IMG/VR virus record: IMGVR_UViG_3300009184_000167
Coordinates: 1 to 27,087 of that record
Source: a virus
Lineage: Duplodnaviria; Caudoviricetes
Direction: 5' to 3' (one strand)
DNA: 27,087 nt
The notes beneath the pieces were generated by a model. The model was not told where the DNA came from, did not search any database, and saw only the letters and a program-made list of their open reading frames with translations. The translations under genes were made by a program, and so were the position numbers. This document shows positions 1 through 6,207 of this stretch, piece after piece. The stretch's first letter is position 1, and each line of letters begins with the position of its first letter.

Positions 1-296
1 ACCTGAGCGGAAGCGAGGTGCGTCACCGTGTTGCGCGTCGTGCCCTTGCGGACACGCGTCGCCTCGAACGAAAGCTCAGGCTCGAGTGCACGCACGGATA
101 GCACCGCGTCCGCCTCGATCGAGAGCCCCTTGCACACCGTCTGCATGGCACGCTCGAGCGAGCTGTGCTTTGACGGTGGGCGGTTGACCATCTTGCCCCA
201 CCCCTGATTGTCGCAGGCTGTCTGCAACAGTGAGCGGAGATGCGGCTTGTTCTGCCCGAAGACAATCGCCGCAGAGCCAGCAATCTGAATCGTCAT
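1..296 (-). CDS. hypothetical protein, runs off the window start (MTIQIAGSAAIVFGQNKPHLRSLL...)
   Basis: Not in the ORF track. ATG at 296 preceded by GAAAGGGA; frame translated by hand is open to the window edge. Confidence 0.75.
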   Translation of the reverse strand, partial: MTIQIAGSAAIVFGQNKPHLRSLLQTACDNQGWGKMVNRPPSKHSSLERAMQTVCKGLSIEADAVLSVRALEPELSFEATRVRKGTTRNTVTHLASAQ

Positions 297-314
297 TGGA
301 TCCCTTTCGGTGTG

Positions 315-361
315 AAAAGCAGACGGGCCGCCCAGCCTTGCGACTAAAGCGGCCCGCCTGC
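315..361 (-). terminator. intrinsic terminator-like hairpin
   Basis: GCAGGCGGGCCGC/GCGGCCCGUCUGC 13-bp stem, extended by an inner stem with a GCAA tetraloop, followed by UUUUC on the - strand. Confidence 0.7.
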
Positions 362-396
362 CGGGAGGTGTACTAACGTACAGCACAGTGCTGCAC
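315..396 (-). ncRNA. candidate small RNA or leader exposing anti-SD sequence ACACCUCCCG
   Basis: Hairpin (378-396), single-stranded GUUAGUACACCUCCCG, then terminator hairpin; fills the intergenic space. Confidence 0.3.
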
Positions 397-405
397 TTGC
401 ATAGA

Positions 406-639
406 TCAGGTGTCGAGCATGATCTCCCAGAACTCTGCCTGCTCGAGCACCTTCGCCTGATGCCATGCCGCCTCGACGGCAGCGTCGGCATTGCGATACC
501 AACCGCGCGGCTTGTCGTCGCGCTCGTCGGTGAGAATGAAATAGAACCGTCGACCCACGCCGAATACCTGGCCGACAACCTTGCCCTCAAGCAAGACGTC
601 GATCACCTTCGGGCCATCATCCGTGACAGGATCAGCCAT
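406..639 (-). CDS. hypothetical protein, 77 aa (MADPVTDDGPKVIDV...)
   Basis: ORF track 406..690 trimmed to the ATG at 639, which has SD GGAGGUG. Confidence 0.8.
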   Translation of the reverse strand: MADPVTDDGPKVIDVLLEGKVVGQVFGVGRRFYFILTDERDDKPRGWYRNADAAVEAAWHQAKVLEQAEFWEIMLDT

Positions 640-698
640 CGAACACCTCCAGAATGGAGAGAAGAGATTGACGTGGGCCACACGACCCATGCGTCTGG

Positions 699-866
699 TC
701 AGATCCGCCGGCGGCGAAGGACCGTGAGAAACCTGGCACCTGCGATATACAGGGCACAGCAGGCAGTGACCTGGTCCGGGTGGGTTTGCACCATCCCAGC
801 CAGGCCGAACGCCAGCTTGAACGCCGGTTCAATGAGACCCAGCAATTCGCTGAAGTTGTAGTTCAT
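699..866 (-). CDS. small hydrophobic protein, 55 aa (MNYNFSELLGLIEPAFKLAFG...LTVLRRRRI)
   Basis: Not in the ORF track. ATG overlaps the upstream stop (TGATG); hydrophobic stretch and basic C-terminus. Confidence 0.7.
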   Translation of the reverse strand: MNYNFSELLGLIEPAFKLAFGLAGMVQTHPDQVTACCALYIAGARFLTVLRRRRI

Positions 867-1069
867 CACAGCTCCCCGAACTTCTCGGCGAGGAGCATGT
901 CAGCCACCTCGCGTCGTTCGCCGTTGGTGCAGCGAGCCAACGCACGGACAAAGGCAGACCGATCCACTGACACCGGGCCGGCGCACAGCCGGTTACGGCA
1001 CTCATCCAAACGGATGAACTGCATGGCCTCCACAGCTGGGGCCTCCGACTCATGGTTCTCGCTCGACAT
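866..1069 (-). CDS. hypothetical protein, 67 aa
   Basis: ORF track; SD GGGAGGUG before the ATG. Confidence 0.8.
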   Translation of the reverse strand: MSSENHESEAPAVEAMQFIRLDECRNRLCAGPVSVDRSAFVRALARCTNGERREVADMLLAEKFGEL

Positions 1070-1094
1070 GGGACACCTCCCTAAGCACGCCGGG

Positions 1095-1136
1095 AAAAAG
1101 AAAAGAGGGCTGACAGCCCGGCGCTGCCAGCCCTCT
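1095..1136 (-). terminator. terminator-like hairpin plus U tract directly after repeat copy 1
   Basis: 14-bp stem AGAGGGCUGGCAGC/GCUGUCAGCCCUCU followed by UUUCUUUUU. Confidence 0.7.
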
Positions 1137-1141
1137 ACAAG

Positions 1142-1168
1142 TAATCGCCGACCCCTGAAAACAAGGGG
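1142..1168 (-). promoter_or_regulatory. conserved intergenic element copy 1 (putative non-sigma70 promoter)
   Basis: + strand TAATCGCCGACCCCTGAAAACAAGGGG; one of six copies. Confidence 0.7.
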
Positions 1169-1174
1169 TTTTCG

Positions 1175-1420
1175 TCAGTCGCCGCAGGACACGTCGGCCA
1201 TGCGGTCGATTGCCTTCACAACAGCCAAGTGATCCTGCACTGCATTGAGTTGCGACAGGATCCGATGGCAGTGTGACTCTGCGTAGTCGAGCACGTTGCC
1301 AACCTCGTCGGCTGAGTAGCCGCGCTGGTGGTGGTAGATCACGTCAGCTACCAGCACTCGCAGTTGGAATGCCAACTCTGCTGATGCGAGTAGCGATGCA
1401 CCGATTGGGTCTTCGTTCAT
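1175..1420 (-). CDS. hypothetical protein, 81 aa (MNEDPIGASLL...)
   Basis: ORF track 1175..1444 trimmed to the ATG at 1420 with SD AGGAGG. Confidence 0.75.
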   Translation of the reverse strand: MNEDPIGASLLASAELAFQLRVLVADVIYHHQRGYSADEVGNVLDYAESHCHRILSQLNAVQDHLAVVKAIDRMADVSCGD

Positions 1421-1428
1421 CGTGCCTC

Positions 1429-1821
1429 CTATTGGTCGGGACAAACGGACAGCAGAGACTGAACCCGAAGCAGGTTGACCGCTTCGTCGATCAGCTCCTT
1501 TGCTCGAGTCAGGCTGTGCTGCAGGTCGCCGATGCTGTTTTGCAGCTGCTTAAACTCGAGCGCGATCTTGGCTTCCACTACGGCAAGCTCTTCTGCGTCG
1601 TGCTCTCGGCAGGGTTCGCAATTACAGTAGCCGTCAAGCTGCCGACGAAGGCGTGCGATAGCAGCTTTCTTTTTTTGGATGTGACCGAGCAGTGGGTGTG
1701 ATGCCACCAGCTTTGCCGTTGGCTCACCAAATGCGCGAGCCCCGCTCCTTGCAGCCCAAATAGTTTTGAGACACACCTCGTCAAGCACTTGCTTGGCGGG
1801 CACCTGTTTCACCGTGACCAT
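1429..1821 (-). CDS. hypothetical coiled-coil protein with CxCxxC motif
   Basis: ORF track; SD GGAAGGAGG; heptad-like C-terminal half. Confidence 0.75.
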   Translation of the reverse strand: MVTVKQVPAKQVLDEVCLKTIWAARSGARAFGEPTAKLVASHPLLGHIQKKKAAIARLRRQLDGYCNCEPCREHDAEELAVVEAKIALEFKQLQNSIGDLQHSLTRAKELIDEAVNLLRVQSLLSVCPDQ

Positions 1822-2129
1822 ACTGAGTAGCCCTCCTTCCTGAGTTGCTCGGCAAGCTGTGCCTCAGCCCGCTCGGCGTCCTGCCTTGTTGTGTACGTGC
1901 GGCCATCACTGAGGTCCGTCCTCAGTCCGCGCCCGTACTGTGTAACGTATCCCCTGTTCGCATGTACACCCTGCTTGTGCTGGGCGTACCGGTACTCGGG
2001 GTCATGGGCGGTGCTGCCTACATACAGGCAGCGGGCACCACCCTTAGGGTTGGCTCGCCGGACTCGGCCGTGATCAAGCACGGCGGGATCCAGCTCAACG
2101 ACATAGAGACTGAACACGTAACTCCCCAT
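1809..2129 (-). CDS. stand-alone GIY-YIG-like nuclease-domain protein
   Basis: SLYVVELD...CLYVGST...RYAQH...AERAE matches the GIY-YIG pattern; ATG at 2129 with SD GGGAGGUG. Confidence 0.75.
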   Translation of the reverse strand: MGSYVFSLYVVELDPAVLDHGRVRRANPKGGARCLYVGSTAHDPEYRYAQHKQGVHANRGYVTQYGRGLRTDLSDGRTYTTRQDAERAEAQLAEQLRKEGYSVWSR

Positions 2130-2143
2130 CGGAACACCTCCCG

Positions 2144-2186
2144 AAAAGAAAAGGGAGGCCGGCGCCACCATGGTCACCGGCCTCCC
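2144..2186 (-). terminator. terminator-like hairpin plus U tract directly after repeat copy 2
   Basis: GGGAGGCCGGUG/CGCCGGCCUCCC stem followed by UUUUCUUUU. Confidence 0.7.
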
Positions 2187-2191
2187 GAATT

Positions 2192-2217
2192 AACTCGCCG
2201 ACCCCTGAAATCAAGGG
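2192..2217 (-). promoter_or_regulatory. conserved intergenic element copy 2
   Basis: + strand AACTCGCCGACCCCTGAAATCAAGGG, abutting the stop codon at 2218. Confidence 0.7.
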
Positions 2218-2589
2218 TCAATCGCTGCAGAAATCCAGCACTGACTCAAGGCTCTTCGTTGCCCTGAACTCCACGAACGCAGCGTTGAGCTTGGCCAACT
2301 CCTGCTCCACTTCAGCCCACCACTCATGCCACAGCTCGCACTGCAGGCGGGCCCGAAGCAAGGCGATGTCTCGTTCGAGCTCCTGGACTGGGGTGTCTTC
2401 CTCTTTGGCAAACACCTTTGCGCCTGTGGCTACGCAACGCTTCGCGCTCTCGAGCCGGTCAGTACGCAGGTTGTGGAGGCTGTCGTGAAACGCAAGTGCA
2501 GCGTTCTGAAGCGTGTGGACCTGAGTCAACAGCTTCTCGACACGCACAAGATCCTGTGCCGTCACACGATTCCCTGTGGCTACGTTCAT
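2218..2589 (-). CDS. hypothetical alpha-helical protein, 123 aa
   Basis: ORF track; ATGA overlap with the upstream gene; SD GGAGGUG. Confidence 0.8.
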   Translation of the reverse strand: MNVATGNRVTAQDLVRVEKLLTQVHTLQNAALAFHDSLHNLRTDRLESAKRCVATGAKVFAKEEDTPVQELERDIALLRARLQCELWHEWWAEVEQELAKLNAAFVEFRATKSLESVLDFCSD

Positions 2590-2810
2590 TCAACCACCTC
2601 CTCTTCCGAGTCGGTGCCGATCTCAACGCCCAGATCGCGCATCAGTTGGACTGCGACCTCGACACGCTCGGAGATTAAGCCGAACGTCTCGTCGTCGAAG
2701 TCAGACACCATCAGCAGGTCGTGGTGCTCCTGCCTGTACCGATCAAGCGCATCCAGCACGACCTCGAGCTGGTCATTCGTCAAGGTCACAGTCGTAAGTG
2801 AGTCGCTCAC
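2586..2810 (-). CDS. acidic hypothetical protein, 74 aa
   Basis: ORF track; GTG start after AGGAGG; D/E-rich. Confidence 0.75.
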   Translation of the reverse strand: MSDSLTTVTLTNDQLEVVLDALDRYRQEHHDLLMVSDFDDETFGLISERVEVAVQLMRDLGVEIGTDSEEEVVE

Positions 2811-3027
2811 GAGTTTCCCTCCTGAGGGATTGCCCCTCTGTTGCGATCAGGATTGCAGTCCTGATCTTGGTGTAGAGACTGGTCACTGATTCCATGTGGG
2901 CGTCAGTGAACTCGCCCAATCCGTCCTTGCTAGAGACTAGCGCATCGAGCGCGTCGTCGTACGATCTCAGCTCGTCCATGAGGAATGACACTGTCACGCC
3001 TCGTGCGGCAACAGTGTGTCTTCTCAT
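2773..3027 (-). CDS. hypothetical protein, 84 aa
   Basis: ORF track; ATGA overlap; SD GGAGG. Confidence 0.7.
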   Translation of the reverse strand: MRRHTVAARGVTVSFLMDELRSYDDALDALVSSKDGLGEFTDAHMESVTSLYTKIRTAILIATEGQSLRRETRERLTYDCDLDE

Positions 3028-3410
3028 TCCTTTGGCCCCTCCTCCTTCTGCGCGGGAGCGGAAAGTGCCTGGCGATTCTGGGTCAGGAACTTGACCGACT
3101 CATCGCCCTCGTACATCCGAGCCACCTCGACAGGCATGAGGATCGGATGATCCTCGCCTTCCATGAGAACAATCTCACGGCCGGGATGGCACAGAGCGCC
3201 GACGAAGTACGTGTTGTCCGGGTCTCGTGCGGACTTGGGTCCGTCGATCACCACGTAGAACTCGTTCTCCTTGCGGCGCTTGACTGAGGCAGCAATCACG
3301 AGCGCCTTTGCCTCGCTCTTGTTGCGGACCAGAGCGTAGACACGATTCTTCTTGACCTTGCCGCACCGATACTGCATCACCAGGTAAGGGGGCCACGCTG
3401 GCATAGCCAT
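3024..3410 (-). CDS. hypothetical protein, 128 aa
   Basis: ORF track; SD GGAG; first gene after repeat copy 3. Confidence 0.8.
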   Translation of the reverse strand: MAMPAWPPYLVMQYRCGKVKKNRVYALVRNKSEAKALVIAASVKRRKENEFYVVIDGPKSARDPDNTYFVGALCHPGREIVLMEGEDHPILMPVEVARMYEGDESVKFLTQNRQALSAPAQKEEGPKE

Positions 3411-3428
3411 GTGAAACTCCGGGTTAGA

Positions 3429-3469
3429 GAAATGAAAAAGCCCCGCCGGGTAGGGTGCCCGGCAGGGCT
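3429..3469 (-). terminator. terminator-like hairpin plus U tract after repeat copy 3
   Basis: AGCCCUGCCGGG/CCCGGCGGGGCU stem followed by UUUUCAUUUC. Confidence 0.7.
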
Positions 3470-3486
3470 ATCGAACCGTCTACTAC

Positions 3487-3513
3487 TACTCGCCGACCCC
3501 TGAAATCAGGGGG
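3487..3513 (-). promoter_or_regulatory. conserved intergenic element copy 3
   Basis: + strand TACTCGCCGACCCCTGAAATCAGGGGG, containing the perfect inverted repeat CCCCTGA-AA-TCAGGGG. Confidence 0.7.
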
Positions 3514-3523
3514 TTTTCTGTGG

Positions 3524-4045
3524 CTACTTGCTCGCGTCCCGCGTCCGCTCCAGTAGCCACCGCAGCGTGGCTTGAATGCTAACGCCGTCAGCCGACAACG
3601 CTTCTCCGACTATCCACTGTATCGCCAACCGTTCATCGTCAGTAAGCGACGGCCCTCCGCACACTGGGCACTTCTCCACAGAACCAGCCGATGCAACGGA
3701 CGGCCCTGCTACTTCATGAGTCATGGTGAATCCTGTGGTGGCCGCCGTTGATCTTCCGTGTTCTGCAGCAGCCAGCTGCTCGCACAGTTTGTTGACGCTC
3801 CGCTGCAAAGCTTTGGCAGGTGCCAGAGAATTGCACAGCAAGAACAGTGCTCGGCCGCCCATTCGGGGGTCGTCTCCTCGCACCATAGTGCCGGGCTCAA
3901 CAGGCTCGGTGATCTCACGGAAGATGATTCCGTGATTGCCTTGCTTGTCCCTCGTGTACGCCAAAAGAACCTGGCCGCAACCGAGCGAGACGCGAGCAAG
4001 GCCTACGCCGTCGTCGCACGTTCCCATCTCAAAGCACTGGGTCAT
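3524..4045 (-). CDS. hypothetical protein, 173 aa, with C-terminal CPxCG and LTDDER...ATLRxLL module
   Basis: ORF track; SD GGAGGUG; overlaps the upstream stop. Confidence 0.75.
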   Translation of the reverse strand: MTQCFEMGTCDDGVGLARVSLGCGQVLLAYTRDKQGNHGIIFREITEPVEPGTMVRGDDPRMGGRALFLLCNSLAPAKALQRSVNKLCEQLAAAEHGRSTAATTGFTMTHEVAGPSVASAGSVEKCPVCGGPSLTDDERLAIQWIVGEALSADGVSIQATLRWLLERTRDASK

Positions 4046-4323
4046 TTAGCACCTCCGATCTTCTTCATCCGGACACGGGCCGCATCCAGCGTGCGGTCCT
4101 GTAACTTAGCCGCCAGCCGCTCGACCTGAGCAGACAGTGCGTCAACCTTCTGGCTCATGCCGTCTACCATCACGGACATGGCAGACTCGCGGTCGTCCAT
4201 GTCGTCCTTGAGCCAGTCGACCCGGTCTCGGGCAGACACGGCCATCTTCCAGGTCACGTACACGCTGGCTATCACAGCCAGGATGGCACAGCCTTGAGCT
4301 GCACTCAGGGTCACGAGCGTCAT
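4042..4323 (-). CDS. putative membrane-anchored coiled-coil protein, 93 aa
   Basis: N-terminal hydrophobic helix followed by heptads; SD GGGAGGA. Confidence 0.8.
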   Translation of the reverse strand: MTLVTLSAAQGCAILAVIASVYVTWKMAVSARDRVDWLKDDMDDRESAMSVMVDGMSQKVDALSAQVERLAAKLQDRTLDAARVRMKKIGGAK

Positions 4324-4365
4324 CTTTTATTCCTCCCAACAACTAGAACCTGCGGAACACGCAGG

Positions 4366-4424
4366 CCTGCAACGGCGCAGGAATGGTGGCCCAGCCGAAG
4401 CCAGGCCACCGATCGCGAGCCGTC
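4366..4424 (-). ncRNA. unassigned structured RNA motif, copy A
   Basis: GACGGC-UCGCGAUC-[GGUGGCCUGGC UUCG GCUGGGCCACC]-AUU-[CCUGC GCCGUU GCAGG]; homologous to 5750-5810. Confidence 0.6.
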
Positions 4425-4430
4425 TACCTT

Positions 4431-4456
4431 TACTCGCCGACCCCTGAAATCAGGGG
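4431..4456 (-). promoter_or_regulatory. conserved intergenic element copy 4
   Basis: + strand TACTCGCCGACCCCTGAAATCAGGGG; contains the stop codon of the upstream gene. Confidence 0.7.
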
Positions 4457-4626
4457 CGAACAGCAGGGGCCACCTTCCAGCGGCCCTTGTAGGTGTCATT
4501 CATCCATTGCCCGTACTTGGCACGGATAATGAGGGTCGCCTCCTTCTTGGTCCTGGCAGGGATGGCCTCGAACTGGAACCATCCAGGCACATACATCCAC
4601 AGGGCCCACATCTTTTTGCGTGCCAT
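4450..4626 (-). CDS. small basic/aromatic protein, 58 aa (MARKKMWALWMYVPGW...)
   Basis: ORF track trimmed to the ATG at 4626 with SD GGAGGUG; lies just 3' of the hammerhead. Confidence 0.75.
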   Translation of the reverse strand: MARKKMWALWMYVPGWFQFEAIPARTKKEATLIIRAKYGQWMNDTYKGRWKVAPAVRP

Positions 4627-4653
4627 CAAACACCTCCAAAGCACAGGGAAACT

Positions 4654-4705
4654 GCCCTCATCAGCTGCCGCCTAACGGCAGGACCCGCCGAAGCGGGTTT
4701 CGGGC
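4654..4705 (-). ncRNA. type II hammerhead ribozyme
   Basis: GCCC GAAA CCCGC UUCG GCGGG UC^ CUGCCG UUAGG CGGCAG CUGAUGA GGGC: all core nucleotides (CUGAUGA, GAAA, UH) and three perfect stems; predicted cut between 4682 and 4681. Confidence 0.93.
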
Positions 4706-5169
4706 TACTCTCCAGCCAGAACACTGGGCACGTCATTGCCCAGCTCGAGCAGCTGCTGGCACAGCGTGGCATGGCGGGAACGCAGCGAAGCCAGCTCAGC
4801 AAAGAGCCGGTCGCGTTCTCCCTCAGCCACAGCAATCTGTGCCTTCGCAGCATCCAGCACCTGCTGGTTACGCCGATCTGCCTCAATGGCCTGATCACGC
4901 TCCTGTTCCGCCACCGAGACCTGCCTCTGGCAAGCAGCCAGGACCTGCTGGTTGACGGCCTCAGTCGAAGTGATCTTCGCCATCAGCTGAGCCCGAGTCG
5001 GAGCATGCCACCAGTCAGAGACCGACTGGCCCAGCTCACCAAGAGGGCTCACCACGTACCGAGTGACGTAGTGAGACGGGCCGCCCGTAGACAGGAACAT
5101 CGACGCCATCGAACCAACGGCCACCAGGACACAGGCCGCAACAAACAGGTCACCCTTACGAAAGGACAT
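4705..5169 (-). CDS. putative membrane-anchored or exported coiled-coil protein, 154 aa
   Basis: N-terminal hydrophobic segment; internal repeat NQQVLxAxxxQxxVAExERD twice; SD GGAGGUG. Confidence 0.8.
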   Translation of the reverse strand: MSFRKGDLFVAACVLVAVGSMASMFLSTGGPSHYVTRYVVSPLGELGQSVSDWWHAPTRAQLMAKITSTEAVNQQVLAACQRQVSVAEQERDQAIEADRRNQQVLDAAKAQIAVAEGERDRLFAELASLRSRHATLCQQLLELGNDVPSVLAGE

Positions 5170-5272
5170 GGGACACCTCCACAGAACTCCCGCCCAGTCC
5201 GCCGGCTGACTGCCGACTAAAAGACTGAGCAGGAAATGCGGTTGGTGGTAGGTGCCGCTGACCTGCTACTGA

Positions 5273-5298
5273 TACTCGCCGACCCCTGAAAACAAGGG
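5273..5298 (-). promoter_or_regulatory. conserved intergenic element copy 5
   Basis: + strand TACTCGCCGACCCCTGAAAACAAGGG, abutting the stop codon at 5299. Confidence 0.7.
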
Positions 5299-5595
5299 TT
5301 ATTCGCAACAACCAGCCCTTTCTGGCTCGAGCCTAAAGACCATCGTCTTGCCGGCCCGGCGATTGCCGATCACGTCAAACCCGTCTGGCCGGATGCATCC
5401 GTAGAAGTCGCGGGTCATTCGCGGCCTGTAGTTCCAAGCGTTACGCACCTTCCACGCAATGTAGAACGTGCCGTCCCACGTGTTGATTAAGTCCTTCATG
5501 TAGATCTTGAGCTGCTTCCAGCCCTTGAGATCCATGTAGAACGAGTAACTGTCGCCACTGCTCTCGTAGACATCAACCAGTACAGTCTTGGCCAT
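5299..5595 (-). CDS. hypothetical protein, 98 aa
   Basis: ORF track; SD AAGGAGG. Confidence 0.85.
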   Translation of the reverse strand: MAKTVLVDVYESSGDSYSFYMDLKGWKQLKIYMKDLINTWDGTFYIAWKVRNAWNYRPRMTRDFYGCIRPDGFDVIGNRRAGKTMVFRLEPERAGCCE

Positions 5596-5607
5596 ATTGG
5601 CCTCCTT

Positions 5608-5718
5608 TCAGTGTGAAGCGACCCAAGCACGGAGCAGCGCCAGTACCACGTTGGCGGCGCAGTCCAAGAGCACAAGGACCAGCACAGCACGCATCGCTGC
5701 GCGTAGAAGCCAAAGCAT
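5608..5718 (-). CDS. small hydrophobic peptide, 36 aa (MLWLLRAAMRAVLVLVLLDCAANVVLALLRAWVASH)
   Basis: Not in the ORF track. SD GGAGGA 6 nt before the ATG; stop runs into the next SD. Confidence 0.7.
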   Translation of the reverse strand: MLWLLRAAMRAVLVLVLLDCAANVVLALLRAWVASH

Positions 5719-5749
5719 TTCCAATCCTCCAAGAGAAAGACCCGAACAA

Positions 5750-5810
5750 CCTGCAAAGGCGCAGGGTGGGTGGCACTTAGTCACTCCGTGCCACCGGACC
5801 GCGAGCCTTC
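5750..5810 (-). ncRNA. unassigned structured RNA motif, copy B
   Basis: GAAGGC-UCGCGGUCC-[GGUGGCAC..GUGCCACC]-CAC-[CCUGC GCCUUU GCAGG]. Confidence 0.6.
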
Positions 5811-5813
5811 AGC

Positions 5814-6149
5814 TCAAGCAGTGGCTCGCATGTAGAGCCCGTTGTCGCACCAGTCCGCAGCGAAGTCGGGAGCGCAGACTTCGTGCACCACTTCGGCCGA
5901 GTAGCCATTGGCATCAAAGCCATCCACCCGAGCCGCTAGGGCAAACGTCGGCCCAGCGGGAGAGTCAGCCACAAGGCTGTCCGCAAAGCTGCGAGCAGCG
6001 TCAATGCTCCTGAACCACTGAGAGACCTCAGGGTCTCCGAGACAGATCCTGTTGCCGTCCTGCTTGACAGCCCAGTAGGCCTCGACGCTGATGTGAGGCA
6101 GAACCCGAAAGAACCTGAGTGCGCCGATAACGCAATGCTTGACGTGCAT
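5814..6149 (-). CDS. hypothetical protein, about 111 aa
   Basis: ORF track 5814..6155; ATG at 6149 preferred, SD weak. Confidence 0.7.
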   Translation of the reverse strand: MHVKHCVIGALRFFRVLPHISVEAYWAVKQDGNRICLGDPEVSQWFRSIDAARSFADSLVADSPAGPTFALAARVDGFDANGYSAEVVHEVCAPDFAADWCDNGLYMRATA

Positions 6150-6207
6150 GACCAAATCCCATGCCAGTCAGTCCGGTGCGAAGTGCACTGGGTGCTGCTG
6201 ACACTGT

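Noticed and set aside
4366-4424. Motif A/B as a ZTP, SAH or guanidine-III riboswitch
   Set aside because: Only short word matches (GGUGG/CCACC, AACGGCGC, GCGCCGU); required conserved segments are missing or in the wrong order.
388-5220. Long + strand ORFs in the left arm (388..861, 780..1232, 2326..2889, 4294..5220)
   Set aside because: Antisense shadows of - strand genes that have strong SDs; no well-spaced RBS.
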